DNA of 64,000 nt, taken from NCBI RefSeq assembly GCF_963921235.1, contig NC_086097.1, forward strand, positions 221,032,001 to 221,096,000, read 5' to 3'. The position numbers and the translations under genes are program-made. This DNA comes from Mobula hypostoma (taxonomy: Eukaryota). Each line of letters starts with the position of its first letter. Positions within the stretch are counted from its first letter, which is position 1. The notes beneath the pieces were generated by a model. The model made no database searches, was not told where the DNA came from, and saw nothing but the letters and a program-made list of their open reading frames with translations. This document shows, in pieces, positions 11,819-24,683 of this stretch.

Positions 11819-13275
11819 TAGAAACATAGAAACATAGAAAATAGGTGCAGGAGTAGGCCATTTGGCCCTTCGAACCTGCACCGCCATTTATTATGATCAT
11901 GGCTGATCATCCAACTCAGAACTCAGCCTTCCCTCCATACCCCCTGACCCCTGTAGCCACAAGGGCCATATCTAACTTCCTTTTAAACATAGCTAATGAA
12001 CTGGCCTCAACAGTTTGCTGTGGCAGAGAATTCCACAGATTCACCACTCTCTGTGTGAAGAAGTTTTTCCTAATCTCGGTCCTAAAAGGCTTCCCCTCTA
12101 TCCTCAAACTGTGACCCCTCGTTCTGGACCTCCCCAACATCGGGAACAATCTTCCCGCATCTAGCCTGTCCAATCCCTTTAGGATCTTATACGTTTCAAT
12201 CAGATCCCCCCTCAATCTTCTAAATTCCAACGAGTACAAGCCCAGTTCATCCAGTCTTTCTTCATATGAAAGACCTGCCATCCCAGGATTCAATCTGGTG
12301 AACCTTCTTTGTACTCCCTCTATGGCAAAGATGTCTTTCCTCAGATTAGGGGACCAAAACTGCACACAATACTCCAGGTGTGGTCTCACCAAGGCCTTGT
12401 ACAACTGCAGTAGTACCTCCCTGCTCCTGTACTCGAATCCTCTCGCTATAAATGCCAGCATACCGTTCGCCTTTTTCACCGCCTGCTGTACCTGCATGCC
12501 CACTTTCAATGACTGGTGTATAATGACACCCAGGTCTCGTTGCACCTCCCCTTTTCCTAATCGGCCACCATTCAGATAATAATCTGTTTTCCTATTTTTG
12601 CCACCAAAGTGGATAACTTCACATTTATCCACATTAAATTGCATCTGCCATGAGTTTGCCCACTCACCCAACCTATCCAAGTCACCCTGCATCCTCTTAG
12701 CATCCTCCTCACTGCTAACACTGCCACCCAGCTTCGTGTCATCCGCAAACTTGGAGATGCTGCATTTAATTCCCTCATCCAAGTCATTAATATATATTGT
12801 AAACAACTGGGGTCCCAGCACTGAGCCTTGCGGTACCCCACTAGTCACCGCCTGCCATTCTGAAAAGGTCCCGTTTATTCCCACTCTTTGCTTCCTGTCT
12901 GCTAACCAATTCTCCACCCACACCAATACCTTACCCCCAATACCGTGTGCTTTAAGTTTGCACACTAATCTCCTGTGTGGGACCTTGTCAAAAGCCTTTT
13001 GAAAATCCAAATATACCACATCCACTGGTTCTCCCCTATCCACTCTACTAGTTACATCCTCAAAAAATTCTATGAGATTCGTCAGACATGATTTTCCTTT
13101 CACAAATCCATGCTGACTTTGTCCGATCATTTCACCGCTTTCCAAATGTGCTGTTATCACATCCTTGATAACTGACTCCAGCAGTTTCCCCACCACCGAC
13201 GTTAGGCTAACGGGCCTATAATTCCCCGGTTTCTCTCTCCCTCCTTTTTTAAAAAGTGGGGTTACATTAGCCACA
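11819..13275 (-). mobile_element. Young 5'-truncated CR1 LINE
   Basis: (GAAACATA)n tail at 11819-11840; near-identical copies at 24271-24683 and 48184-48740. Confidence 0.97.
11916..13275 (-). CDS. CR1 ORF2 reverse transcriptase domain, uninterrupted but 5'-truncated
   Basis: NYRPVSLTSVVGK, QHGFVKGKS, YLDFQKAFDKV, GVPQGSVLGP, KFADDTK, RPHLEYC; no stops over ~450 codons; no endonuclease domain. Confidence 0.92.
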
Positions 13276-13542
13276 GTGAGTTCCAGACTCCTATTAACCT
13301 TGCTCATCTCCCTTTGAGTACTTCCATCAATAACTTTCTACTATTAACTAATTTTTTTTGGGATCTGCACGTTTCTTGCCAGGATATATTTTCCAATCCA
13401 GTTACTGTATATGGGTGAACCACCTTCTTAAATGCTGCAGCCTTCTGTTGGAAAGTTTATTTGGATTTTCAGAAGGCTATTGACAAGGTGCCACATGTCA
13501 AGGTAAGAGCCCATGGTGTTATAGAAAAGATACTAGCATCTT

Positions 13543-16500
13543 CATAGGCGGCCTTAAGCATCTGGGGGCCCGTTTCCAGAGTTAATGTGGGGCCCTACCC
13601 CCACTTCCCAAAAGAAAAAGAAAAAAAGCAAATATTCAAGTTGGTTTGCATCAATAATAGTTTAATTTCAGACTTAAACGTTGATGCATTATATGCACTT
13701 TCAGCATAATGGACAGACAGCTAATCATAATCCAAACAATTCTCTTAATTAAAAACTGAAACAATGACATTTTTTGCTTTAGAATGAGAAGCCTCGCCCT
13801 TTTCAGCAACTAGTCTGCATTGAGTGGAACTATATGTTAGGTATCAGCTGACATTAGAACAGCTTAAACAATTTCCCTCTAATTAAATTAATAACAAAAG
13901 CAATGTCATATTTAATGAAAATTCAACCTTTATTTATTCAATGAACAGTGTCTGAAAGTTAACTACTGGAGGTTTATGACAAACTGTGTCTCGCGCTCTT
14001 TCAGCACCGTGGACAGCTCACGTAAGGTCTGGAGAGCAAACAGGAGAGGGAGAGAGAGAGATGGGACGCAAGCGGGAGGGAGAAATTACGATTTGTGGAA
14101 ATGCCACCTAATTGCCTATACACATTTTGAGTGAAATATGTGGTTTATTTTATTATTTTAATTAGAAACTTTATTTCTGCTAAAAATGTGTTAAAAGGCT
14201 TACTACTAGAACTTCACCACCTTCCTGTGCTTGAGTGTTTAGAATGCTTTAATGAGCTCATCTTTGTCCAATGATCTTGTTATTTCATGCTCAGTTGATA
14301 TCTGAGCAAGAGCTGACAGAAGCTCCTGGAGCATGGTTGTCCTCAGATGCGTTTTGATGAGCTTTAGCCTCGAAAAACTTCTCTCTCCACTCGCTACAGT
14401 CACAGGCACTGTCACCATGAGTCTTAGAGCAATGGTGAGGTTAGGATACAGTTCAACCAGATTGTTGCTGTAAATGTAGCTCAGAATCTGCAGGCCAGTG
14501 GTTTCTTTTGCAGGCACGGCACTGACAGCAGCCGACACCTCGCGCAAAAGATCCTCAGCATCCACATCACCAAGTGTCCTCTCCATGTTTACACAGCTGT
14601 CTTTCAGTGTGCGACTTTGGGTGGCTTTTTTCATTTCCTCTCTTCCATAAATGAAGCCAAACAGACTGTAAAACGAGTCCATCAGCTTGAAGCGCTCACT
14701 AATACCTGTGATGGCAGAGTCCACTAGTGGAAGGAAAACTTCTCTCTTTTACCGTTCCTCGGGTGCCACTGTCAGGGAAGGATCTGTACTTTGGGACTCG
14801 TACTGGAACTGGCATTTTGGTTTTCTGATTCATGCAGTCGGAAAGACCATTGGCATCCCTATCTCTTCAGCTATGTCTCTGGCATCTGTTTGGGTGGATG
14901 AAAGGCCATTCTCTCTGTATTCCTTGAGAAATTTCAGAATATATTCCACCTCGCGCTGTAGCACATCGATTCCCACTTGTGGGCTCTGAAGCAGCTTGCT
15001 GACACGATTCACCTCATGTAAAACGTTGTACCAGATGATCACAGTCAGCAGGAATTTCCATGACATGATCTCCTGTTCTAGGCCTCTGGCTGCAGATGTG
15101 GTTTCACTGTCACCTTTCTGTGTGGCATGTTCAGTCAGTGACAGGAGCGCATTGCCAACATCGGGAAGCTGGTAGCGCAGAACTTTCACACTTTCCACGT
15201 GGCACTCCCATCGCGTGTTGGATATGGCCTTGAGGGTCATCTGTGGCACGTTCTCCTTGAAAAGTCCCATCTCTGTGTCGATGAGCTGAATAGTGTGTAT
15301 AGACGTTGCAGCACCCCACAGAAGCTCACAGACTCCACTGTTGATTTTGCAGCATCGACAATAACTAGGTTTAGGCTGTGGCTGGCATATGGCATGAACA
15401 GTGCTCTTTTGTTAATATCTAGCACACTCTTCTGCACCCCGCTATTTTCCCCCACATATTTCTCCCATTATTATATGCCTGCCCCCTGCATTTTGAGATA
15501 TCTAATCCTAACTTCTCCATATGCGTTAAGAAAATGTTGGTTCGGCCTGCATCTGTTGTGTCAAGCATTGATAGGAAACTGACAAAATGCTCACTTACAG
15601 TAACTCCGACATTTACTTGGCATGTGACAATGCGCAGTGTCACAGAGAACTGCTCTATATGTGCAGCGTCAGTGGTGCAGTCCATTATCACCAAGTAGTA
15701 ACGTGATTGTTTTACTCTCTCTGCTATTGCTTCCAGTGTCTTGTCTCCAATAAGTGTGATTAACTCATTTTGTATGGTTTTCCCCATGTAGTGGTCAGCA
15801 ATCTCTTTTTTCTGTGCTCGTCTGATATGTTCACTCATCACTGGGTCGAACTCGGCAAGCAGCTCCACCGGACCTAGAAGGTTCCCATTATTTGGTTCAT
15901 GTAGGGTGGAATTGTGGCCACGGAAAGCAAGGTTTCGTTCTGCAGCGTGACAGACTATGGCAATGAACCTCTTCACGACATCATTCCAGTGTTTTTTTCC
16001 AGCATTTGCATTTCTTGGTAAGTGCTGTCAATGGCACTGTGTGTTCCTAAGTGCGTTTCCAGCTCGTGCCAGCTATCCATGTTGGCACGGTGCGCATTTG
16101 ACTTCTCATGATCCTGGAGTGTGAGAGTGAGTTGCTCCCACACTCTGAAACCTCCACAAGTGAGACTGTGATTTCGCTTGCCAAATAGGGTACAGCAGAA
16201 ATAGAAGATTGAATCAGATGATTCTGAGTACACAAATCATGACCTATGAATGGTTTCTCCATTTTTCATCTTCATAAGATATCTGTCCTTGGTAAAACAA
16301 CAGCATGATTGGCTCTGTGGGAAGTTAATGTCCTCTAACTGAACAATGTTGATCCGTTGGTCACTGGTAATATGCGTTGGCCAACGTGCTGGATCGGTCT
16401 CTGTGAATGTTAGTGGGGCTTTCTGTCTGTCTGGTGTGCTGGTGGCGGCATCTCCCTCACCTGTCTCAGTTGTAGGACTGTCATTATGCTGTGGCGCTTG

Positions 16501-17026
16501 TTCTTCAAACAAAGATTGGTCATCATTATCACCATCTGTTTGAGTAGAATTGTTCTTCTCATTTTCATTGCCCTGATTATCAACACCTCCTGTACCGATT
16601 ACACTGTCACTTGGCACTGCAGCCCCATGCTGTGACAATGGTGCAGCAGCAACTGCAGTCAGCGGGCCTTTTACAGATGCTGGATCAAAGAACGATGTAA
16701 CTTTTGGGAGACTATTTAGACATTTTGTTTTGTTGTCTATTATTTTCCATTTTTCAGCACCACTAGGATAGGAGCGTATCATTTTCCTCTCATTGAAAAG
16801 TAGCTTTCTTTGCTAGGAGCTATGTTTACAAGTGAAGTAAATATTTTAATGTATTTTCTCAGATGTCAATCAGCGAGCGCCCACTGGTGGTTTGGCTGGC
16901 AATAGCAGGAGAATATTGTGGCATCTGGGAGCTGTGCATTAAATTTTTGCATGTCAGTCGGGGGCTCCTGGGAGGGTTGGGCCCATTACAGTTGAAACGG
17001 GTGAAACATAGCTAAGGCCACCTATG
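13543..17026 (-). mobile_element. Full-length hAT DNA transposon (ZMYM1/Tip100-like transposase)
   Basis: TIRs CATAGGCGGCCTTA / TAAGGCCACCTATG; perfect 8-bp TSD AGCATCTT (13535-13542, 17027-17034). Confidence 0.95.
14205..16782 (-). pseudogene. hAT transposase broken into about six ORF segments
   Basis: TTF-like zinc finger (YFCCTLF...HEKSNAH), NLAFRGH, IMDCTTD, CRGQAYNNG, ASHSLNL, SNTRWE, dimerization motif TVPVTVASGERSFSRLKLIKTHLRTTM. Confidence 0.92.
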
Positions 17027-17069
17027 AGCATCTTGTATCTTGTATCTTACAGCTCCTGGCTGTAGAATC

Positions 17070-17660
17070 AGCAACACTGTGCCACTGCTGAGAGAATTGT
17101 TGCCTTATAGCTCCAGAGACCCAGAGTCAATCATATCCTCTGGTACTGTCTGTGTGGAGTTTGCATGTTCTCCTTATGACCATGTTTTTTAAAATCTCTC
17201 TGGGTTTTCTTAGTTCTTCTATTCCAGATATTAGAGAATATGCACTTGAGACATGAGAGGAAAGTTTAAAGGCAAGTTTTTAATGCAGAGAGTGGTAGGT
17301 GCTGAAATGGACTGCCAGGGGTAGTGGTGGATACAGAAACAATTGTGTCAATTAAGAGGGTTTCAGATGCACATATGAAACTGCAGGAAATGGAGGAATG
17401 TGGATTGTGTACAGGCAGAGGAGATTTATTTTAATTTCGTATCACGTTTGGCACAGACATCGTGGGATGAAAGGTCTGTTCCTGCGCTGTGTTGTTCTAA
17501 GTATCCTCTCCCAAGCTCATGGAATTGGTCTCTGTAAATTTCCCTGGTGTGTAGGCGAATGGTAGAATTGGGCCAAGAATTTATGGGACTGTATTGAAAA
17601 TAGGTTACAAGGAAAGTTTGTGGGGCAGTGGGATTTTTCTATGAGCAGCATAGGCTCAGA
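17070..17660 (+). mobile_element. V-SINE/HE1-like SINE interrupted by a CR1 3' fragment (~17240-17500)
   Basis: V-domain TGTGTGGAGTTTGCATGTTCTCC near 17150-17173; CR1 motif QRVVG in the insert. Confidence 0.65.
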
Positions 17661-17742
17661 GGGCTCCCTGTATGATGTAAGGAGACACAAATATGGAAAG
17701 AACGACAATATGTTTCCAAATAAGGATAGCGTACACCCTGAA

Positions 17743-18901
17743 TGTCATGGTCCGGTCTGTGAAATCCGCATTCCGTTTCATGGTCCAGTCCATCGATCCG
17801 TATTCCAGGTTTTCCGGTTTCCCTTGTCATGTACCTTAATTGAGGCACATGATTCTCATTTTGGGCTGGCTATGTAAATAGCTCTTGGGTTCAGCTTCAT
17901 TTGCTGGACTGTTCCCTCCCCTTCCCCTGAAGCCACGCCTGCTACCTTCGCCTGAAGCCTCGCCTGCTACCTTCAACTGAATTCTCACTTGTTACGCTGT
18001 CAGGTTCAACCGCCAGGGCAAGACTGGGGCCTTGCTGTGTCTAGGTAAGGAGCTGTCTTGCGTTGTTTGGAAATATCTCTGTGTCGTTGCCTTCACTAGG
18101 TAGGTCTGGCTGTTTGCCACTACCTTGAGTTGAGAACTGTCACTGTGTCCACGCTTTCGCTAGGTAGGTCTGGTCATTTGCTGCTACCTTGTGTTTGGAA
18201 ATGCCTCTCTGTGCCCTCGCTTCCACTGGGTAGGTCTGGCTGTTTGCTGCTACCTTGAGTGGAGATCTATCTCTCAGTGTTCTGTATATGAGTCTCGGCC
18301 CTACGTCTTGCTCTTTAGGAGGGGTCCTGACTCTGTGTAGAGCCCCGGCCTCAAGTCCTGTTCCCAAGGAGGGGTCCCGGTTCTGTGTTCTATGTTCCTG
18401 TTCTCCCTCGACCAAGGCTCTGCATTCCTGTTCCCCCTCGACCAAGGCTCTGCGTTCCTGTTCTCCCTCGACCAAGTCCCTGCATTCCAGTTCTCTCAAG
18501 ACCAAGTCAAATCTTCAGGTTCTCATCCTTTCCACGTTCCTCGTCCTGTGCAGGAGTTCCACGTCCAGTCCTGTAGCCATGCCACGTCCTGTAGCAATGT
18601 CTTGTCCTTGCCTAGATCCAGAGTCTGAGCCTGAGTCAAGACCCAGGTTCCGGGTCCCTGTCCCGTCTCTGGCTCGGAGTCCAAACCCAGGCTGTTAGTG
18701 CCCAGTTCCTTGTCCTGGTCCTGCTTTTCTAGTCTAGTCCTAGCCCAAGCCCTGTATCCTAGTCTCGTCCAGGGCCTGTGTCGTGTCCAGCGTTATTTCT
18801 TCCTCACTTCCCTTGCTTTCTTGACACACCTAGTCCTGTTCCTAGTATTTCAGTGTCTGTGTCTTACATTTGGGTCCGCCTTCAGCGCCTCCCTTATGAC
18901 A
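17743..18901. mobile_element. Solo LTR or LTR-derived element (1159 bp)
   Basis: Terminal TGTCAT...ATGACA; near-TSD CTGAA/CTGGA; internal tandem repeats. Confidence 0.7.
18394..18507. repeat. 30-bp minisatellite, ~4 copies
   Basis: Unit GTTCCTGTTCTCCCTCGACCAAGGCTCTGC repeated head to tail without spacers. Confidence 0.9.
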
Positions 18902-20330
18902 CTGGAGGAAACCTGCACACGTAGTGTTTCCATATACCAACTGCGTCGAGGATATTGGTTTATGAGGTGCTGTTGAAGTCGTTTTGGCAAACAACTACAG
19001 TGCTGTTTTGTAAATATAACAACATAAGACATTGTGTTCTAGCATTCCATTGTGGCTGATTTGTTATCCCTCTCAACTCCATTCTCCTGCCTTCTCCCTG
19101 TAATCTTTGATGCCCTTACTAATAAAGATCCTATTTAATCAAACTCCACTTTAAATACACTTAATGACTTGACCTCTACAGCCATTCATGGCAATGAATT
19201 CCACAGATTAACCACCATTGGGCTAAAGAAATTCCTCCTCAACTCCATTCTAAATGAACATCTCTGTATTCCTCGGCTCTGCCCTCTGGTCATAGATTTC
19301 CCCGCTGCAGGAAACACCTTCTCATCATGCACTTTATCTGGGGTTTTCAATGTTCGATAGGTCTCAATGAGATCCCCTCTCATTTTTTAAAACTCCAATC
19401 AGTACAGTCCCAGAGCCATTAAATACTCCTCATACGTTAACCCTTTAATTCCTCAATCATTGTTGTGAATTTCTTCTTGACCCTCTCCAATCCCAGTCCA
19501 TCTTTTAGTTAAGGGGCCCAAAACTACTCACAATACTCCAGGGCGTAGTCTGACCAATGCCTTATAAAGACTCAGCATCACATTTGTCCTCTTATACTCC
19601 TGTCATCTTGAAATGAATACTAACATTACATTTGCCTTCCTAAACACTGGCTCAGTCTGCAAGCTAACCAACAGGGAAACCTGCATGAGAACTCCCAAGT
19701 CTCTTTGCACATCAATTTTTTTCTCCCTATTTCGAAAATAGTCTGCCTTTATTCCTCCTACCAAAGTGTATGACCACTTCCTTACACTATGTTCCATCTG
19801 CCACTTCTTTGCCTATTTTCTCAATCTGTCTATGTCCTTCTGCAGACTCCCTGTTATCCTCAACACTACCTGCTCTTCCACCTATCTTTGTATCATCTGG
19901 AAATGTGGCCATAAAACCATCAATTCCATCACCCAAGTTGTTGACATGTAATGTGAAAAGAAGCGGTCCTAATACTGACCCCCTTCATAAAACCACTTGT
20001 CACTGGCAGCCAACCAGAATAGGTCCCTTTTATTCCCACTCTTTGCCTCCTGTCAATCAGCCTTCTGAAAATCCAAGTAAACAACATCCACTGACTCACC
20101 TTTGCCTATCCTGCCTGTTATTTCCTCACAGAATTCCAACAGATTTGTCAGGCAAGATTTCCCCTCAAGGAAACCATGCTGATGTTGGTCTACTTTATCA
20201 TGTACTTCCAAATACCCGAAAGCCTCATCCTTAATAATGGACTTCAGTATCTTCCCAACCACTGAAGTCAGGTTAATTGGTCTATATTTTCCTTTATTCT
20301 GCACCCCCCCCCCGCCACTTCTTAAAGAGT

Positions 20331-20523
20331 GCAACACACATCAAAGTTGCTGGTGAACGCAGCAGGCCAGGCAGCATCTCTAGGAAGAGATACAGTCGAC
20401 GTTTCAGGCCGAGACCCTTGGTCAGGACTAACTGAAAGAAGAGCTAGTAAGAGATTTGAAAGTGGGAGGGGGAGGGGGAGATCCGAAATGATAGGAGAAG
20501 ACAGGAGGGGGAGGGATGGAGCT
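20331..20523 (-). mobile_element. Penelope-like (family B) terminal fragment with mutated hammerhead core
   Basis: Same sequence as the ends of 34120, 35757 and 60004 copies; core reads CUGACCA at 20394-20429. Confidence 0.85.
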
Positions 20524-21234
20524 GCTATGCAGGGGTTCAACAAATCGCCACTCGGCACTGGTTCTTAAAGCGTTAAATGCAAAAACAGTTCTTAAAGCGG
20601 TAAAGTAAGACATAGTTCTTAAAATGGTAAACTCTAAAGTCCAACAGATTTATGCGTTCAATTGGGAGAGACTTCTCTGGAGAAGGATTTCTTCATAGAC
20701 GCGACTTTCCTGTTGGTTCTGTCCAAAGGATTCATGATGCAGGAAATAAACAGCTTAAAACAACTGACCTTAGTTTCTAGGGAGCACCTTCTCTTTTGGC
20801 AAGAGTTATCTCGAGGCAGGTTTTCTACTCCTTCAACGAAGACTCAATAAGGTTGATCCTTTGTTAAACTGCCGAATGATACCAACTTCTCTTAATCCTT
20901 CCGGTCCTGTACTTCGATAAAGTCTTCACTCTCCCATACTACTGGAAAAAGGTACATCAACACATCTAGCAAAAATTGCCAGTCCAGCACTATTGTACCT
21001 TGCAACAGAACGTAACCCTCCATTTTAAAAATGAAACTGCATCATAAAAACAAATACGCAACAGAAACGGAGACATAAACGCACGTTCTAGCTGGAAAAC
21101 TAAAAACTAAAAACTAACTGCGTCATCTGTGCTCTTCCCTTATATACCCGTGGTGAACATGTCCTCACGTGACCTCACATCGGCGGGAAAATTACATCAG
21201 GTGACCTCCAAAAGATCAGTACATCTTTCTCACA
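20524..21234 (-). mobile_element. Probable LTR fragment
   Basis: Begins TGTGAGAAAG on the minus strand, has a TATA-like GGGTATATAAGGG and is foreign to the surrounding CR1; no coding motif. Confidence 0.45.
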
Positions 21235-21559
21235 AAAAAAAATCACAGATCTCCTTGAGGTATGTAACAAGTGATATTTGCAATTTTCCAGTCCTCCAGA
21301 ACCATTCCAGAATCGAGTGATTCTTGAAGGATCAATACTGATGTTATACTCACTTCTGCTCCCTGACACTCTCGAATTTCTGGCATACTGCTGTTGTCTT
21401 CCACAATGAAGACTGATACAAAATTCTTCTTAATTTCCTCCATTTCTTTGTTCCCCATTACTACCTCTCCAGTGTCATTTTCCAGCAGTCCGAGATCCAC
21501 TCTCACCTCTCTTTTACTCTTTATATATCTGAAAATCTTTTGGTCTCCTCTTTGATATT

Positions 21560-22666
21560 GGTAGTTATCTCTCGGGGTCTGAGGAAGACTAAACATTGTG
21601 TAGTCATCTGTGGATACGGAGGTGGCTTCGGAGGCCGAAGGCCGAAGCACACATGCGGTTGCAGGTTGGACATGGAATGGCGGTGGTTAGGACAGGTGCA
21701 TACACAGCTTTGTGGCGCCGGTCTCGCGCTGCTGCAAGGCTCTGATTCCGGTCATCCTCAAAGTCAGATGCGGCTTTTCTGGTCAGGGCCTGCCACGCAG
21801 CCCTGTTGGCTGCAGACTCCTCAAGTTGTCAAGGCTGGAGGTCTGCCCGTTTGATGTATGACTTCAGATTGTCTTTGAATCTTTTTTTGGGGCGGCCCTG
21901 ATTGCGACTGCCATGCTCAAGCTCACTGTAGAGCAGCTGCCTGGGGATTCTTGTTTCACCTTTGCGGATTACATGGCCAGTCCAGCGTAGCTGGGCCAAG
22001 GGCTTCCTGGTTGGTGATTCGGTCCTGCCATCGAATGCTCATAATCGACCGCAGAGAGCGCATGTGAGACTGCTCCAGCTGTTTGATGTGCCTGTGGTAC
22101 AGGGTCCAGGCTTCGCAGCCGTACAGGAGAGAGGTGAGGACCACAGCCTTGTACACCTTGAGCTTACTTGAAAGCTGAATGTCTTTGTGCTCCAGAACTT
22201 TGACACGGAGTTTCGCAAGTGCCTGGCTGGCATTCTGAATCCTTGCTACGATCTCTTTGTCAAGGGATCTGTCACTGGAGATGGTGCTTCCTAGATACTT
22301 GAAGCTCTCCACATTCTTCAGGACAGTGCCGTCGATGGTGATGCATGGCTGAGGAGGGTGACTGTTTGGTGCAGGTTGTAGGAGAACTTCTGTCTTACTG
22401 AGGCTGATTGTCAGGCCGCACAGCTTTGAGGTTGCAGAGAACTTGTTGACAATCGTCTGCAGGTGGTTCTCCTGGTGGGCCATGAGGGCACAGTCATCAG
22501 CAAACAGGACTTCAGTGATGAGTCTCCTCAACGTTTTGGTCTTTGCAGCGAGGCGTCTCAGGTCAAACATCTATCCGTCTAGGCGATATCTTAGGTAAAT
22601 ACCCAGGTCTAGGTCCTTAACAACATGCTTCAGCATTTGGGTGAAGAAGAGGTTGAAGAGCACTGG
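21560..22666 (-). mobile_element. RTE-clade (BovB/RTE-like) LINE, 5'-truncated
   Basis: FDLRRLAAKTK..LFADDCAL..GLTISLSKTEV..FKYLGSTIS..LLYGCEAW; C-terminal CNRMCASAFGLRSHLRIH; 11-bp TSD TCTTTGATATT (21549-21559, 22667-22677). Confidence 0.92.
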
Positions 22667-24270
22667 TCTTTGATATTATTGACTAGCTTATCTTCATATT
22701 TCATCTTTTCTCTCCTTACGGCTTTTTAGTTACCTTCTGTTGGTTTTTAAAAGCTTCTGAATCCTCTAACTTCTCATTTATATTTACTATATTATATGCC
22801 CTCTCTTTTGCTTTTATGTTGAATTTGACCTCTTTACAGTCACTGTTGCTCATTCTTCTTTCAGAATACTTAACTTAGGGGTGTATCAGTCCTGCATCAT
22901 TGCTGCCGCTGTACATTATTTCTCCTAAATACTGTGAGCTTCCTGAGAATTGTTGCTATTGAACTGATTCAGGCAAATTGAGTGCATTTAATTACATTCC
23001 CGACTTGTGCTTTGCTGGAGAGGCCACAGTTTCTGTCCTCTCTCTTAGTCACAGTATCCTTGTGCTAAAGCAGAGGTTGATAGATTCTTGATTAGCAATG
23101 TTGTTAAAGGTTATGGAGAGAAGCGAGGGTTGAGAGGGAAATAATCAGCCTTGACGAAATGGTGAAGCATTCTCAATGGCTTAATTCTGCTCTGATAGCT
23201 TATATGCACTTGGGGGTAAATTTGTAGTATTTCCCAGGAGAAGCTCAAGAGCAGGGCAGAGCTGCCAGGATAAGAAGAAAATGAAAACATCTCCCTTAAG
23301 CTCCCATTCATGCTTGTATTTCCTATTGACCTGAAGGGTGGATTTACACTGGGAGATATCTTTTCTCTTGACTTACTGTTCTCCAATTTAACGCCAGGCT
23401 GAAATAAGGATCCTCCAGTTTTTGGTGGAAGCACTCTTGGCTTCATCCAACATTTTGGGGTCCTGCGGAGCCTCCTGAGAATGGAAGATGGTTGTGCCCT
23501 TTCCTTTAGATGTGCCAGGAGCCTCTGCTGGCATTACAGAGAGAGTTGTGAGGAATTTGTCTTTATTGGAGTAGACTTACAACTTGCCTACTGCATATAG
23601 AAGTGGCATTATAGATAAGCTGCTTGCTACAAAAGAGGCCAAGTTTTACGTTGATTAAAATCAATTGAAATAATAATCAGAAATGTTATATAGTTAGCAA
23701 CAAATCCTCAGTGTCATTATTATAGTTGGGCTTTAGGTGACAATATTTGCCTCAATCCTAATTCACATCATGATTATGTGATTTTACAAAATTCTTAAAA
23801 ATTGGTTCTTGCTGTTGTCACCTTCAATATTAAATAAAAGGAGGGCTGGTCGAGAAAGTGACTAAATAGGCTGACATGTCCATGATCCAACATTATCAAA
23901 ACTTAAGTTTTGTAACTAAAGTTATAGGATACAAACTCCTTCATGAAATGAGATATGCACTTAATAACTAGCAAAGAGACAGGTAAGTTCAACAGCAAAT
24001 GAATAAATCTTGACTTTGCAACCAATTGCTAAATGACATTGATAACTTCCTGGGACTCTGAGTTGACTGAAAAGAGTGACGCAGGAGGGACAGAAAGAAA
24101 GAACCAATAGGAAGACAAATTTACGTATACAGGTATATAGAGTGGCTCGAATATGGAATTGGAGCATGCATGTAAACCAACAGTGGAGCTGAACTAAACT
24201 GTTTTGTTGAATGTTATCTTCTATTACCACTACTGTTTTCTTGTGATGTAGAAGTAAATAGTTCTTCTTA

Positions 24271-24683
24271 GAAACATAGAAACATAGAAAATAGGTGCAG
24301 GGGTAGGCCATTCGGCCCTTCGAGCCTGCACCGCCATTCAGTATGATCATGGCTGATCATCCAACTCAGAACCCTGTACCAGCCTTCCCTTCATACCCCC
24401 TGATCCCTTTAGCCGCAAGGGCCATATCTAACTCCCTCTTAAATATAGCCAATGAACTGGCCTCAACTGTTTCCTGTGGCAGAGAATTCCACAGATTCAC
24501 CACTCTCTGTGTGAAGAAGTTTTTCCTAATCTCGGTCCGAAAAGGCTTCCCCTTTATCCTCAAACTGTGACCCCTCGTTCTGGACTTCCCCAACATCGGG
24601 AACAATCTTCCTGCATCTAGCCTGTCCAATCCCTTTAGGATTTTATACGTTTCAATCAGATCCTCCCTCAATCTTCTAAATTC
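24271..24683 (-). mobile_element. Young CR1 3' fragment
   Basis: Nearly identical to 11819-12225; TSD-like TTCTTCTTA on both sides. Confidence 0.95.

Larger units (their letters stand above)
19055..22880 (-). mobile_element. Degraded CR1 LINE hosting nested insertions (Penelope end, LTR-like piece, RTE)
   Basis: RT motifs KYRPINLTSVVGK, HGFLEGKSCLTNLLEF, VYLDFQKA; CR1 sequence resumes at ~21260 and 22667. Confidence 0.85.

Noticed and set aside
12298..13002. Antisense ORFs over CR1 RT
   Set aside because: Shadow frames of the RT coding sequence.
11916..13307. Stand-alone 463-aa RT gene, or a retron/DGR-type system
   Set aside because: Typical CR1 ORF2 truncated at ~13275; the apparent N-terminus is flanking DNA.
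14205..16782. Domesticated ZMYM1-like host gene
   Set aside because: Bounded by TIRs and an 8-bp TSD and broken by frameshifts, so it is a transposon copy.
18394..18507. CRISPR-like array
   Set aside because: Head-to-tail repeats with no unique spacers, no cas genes, and a eukaryotic context.
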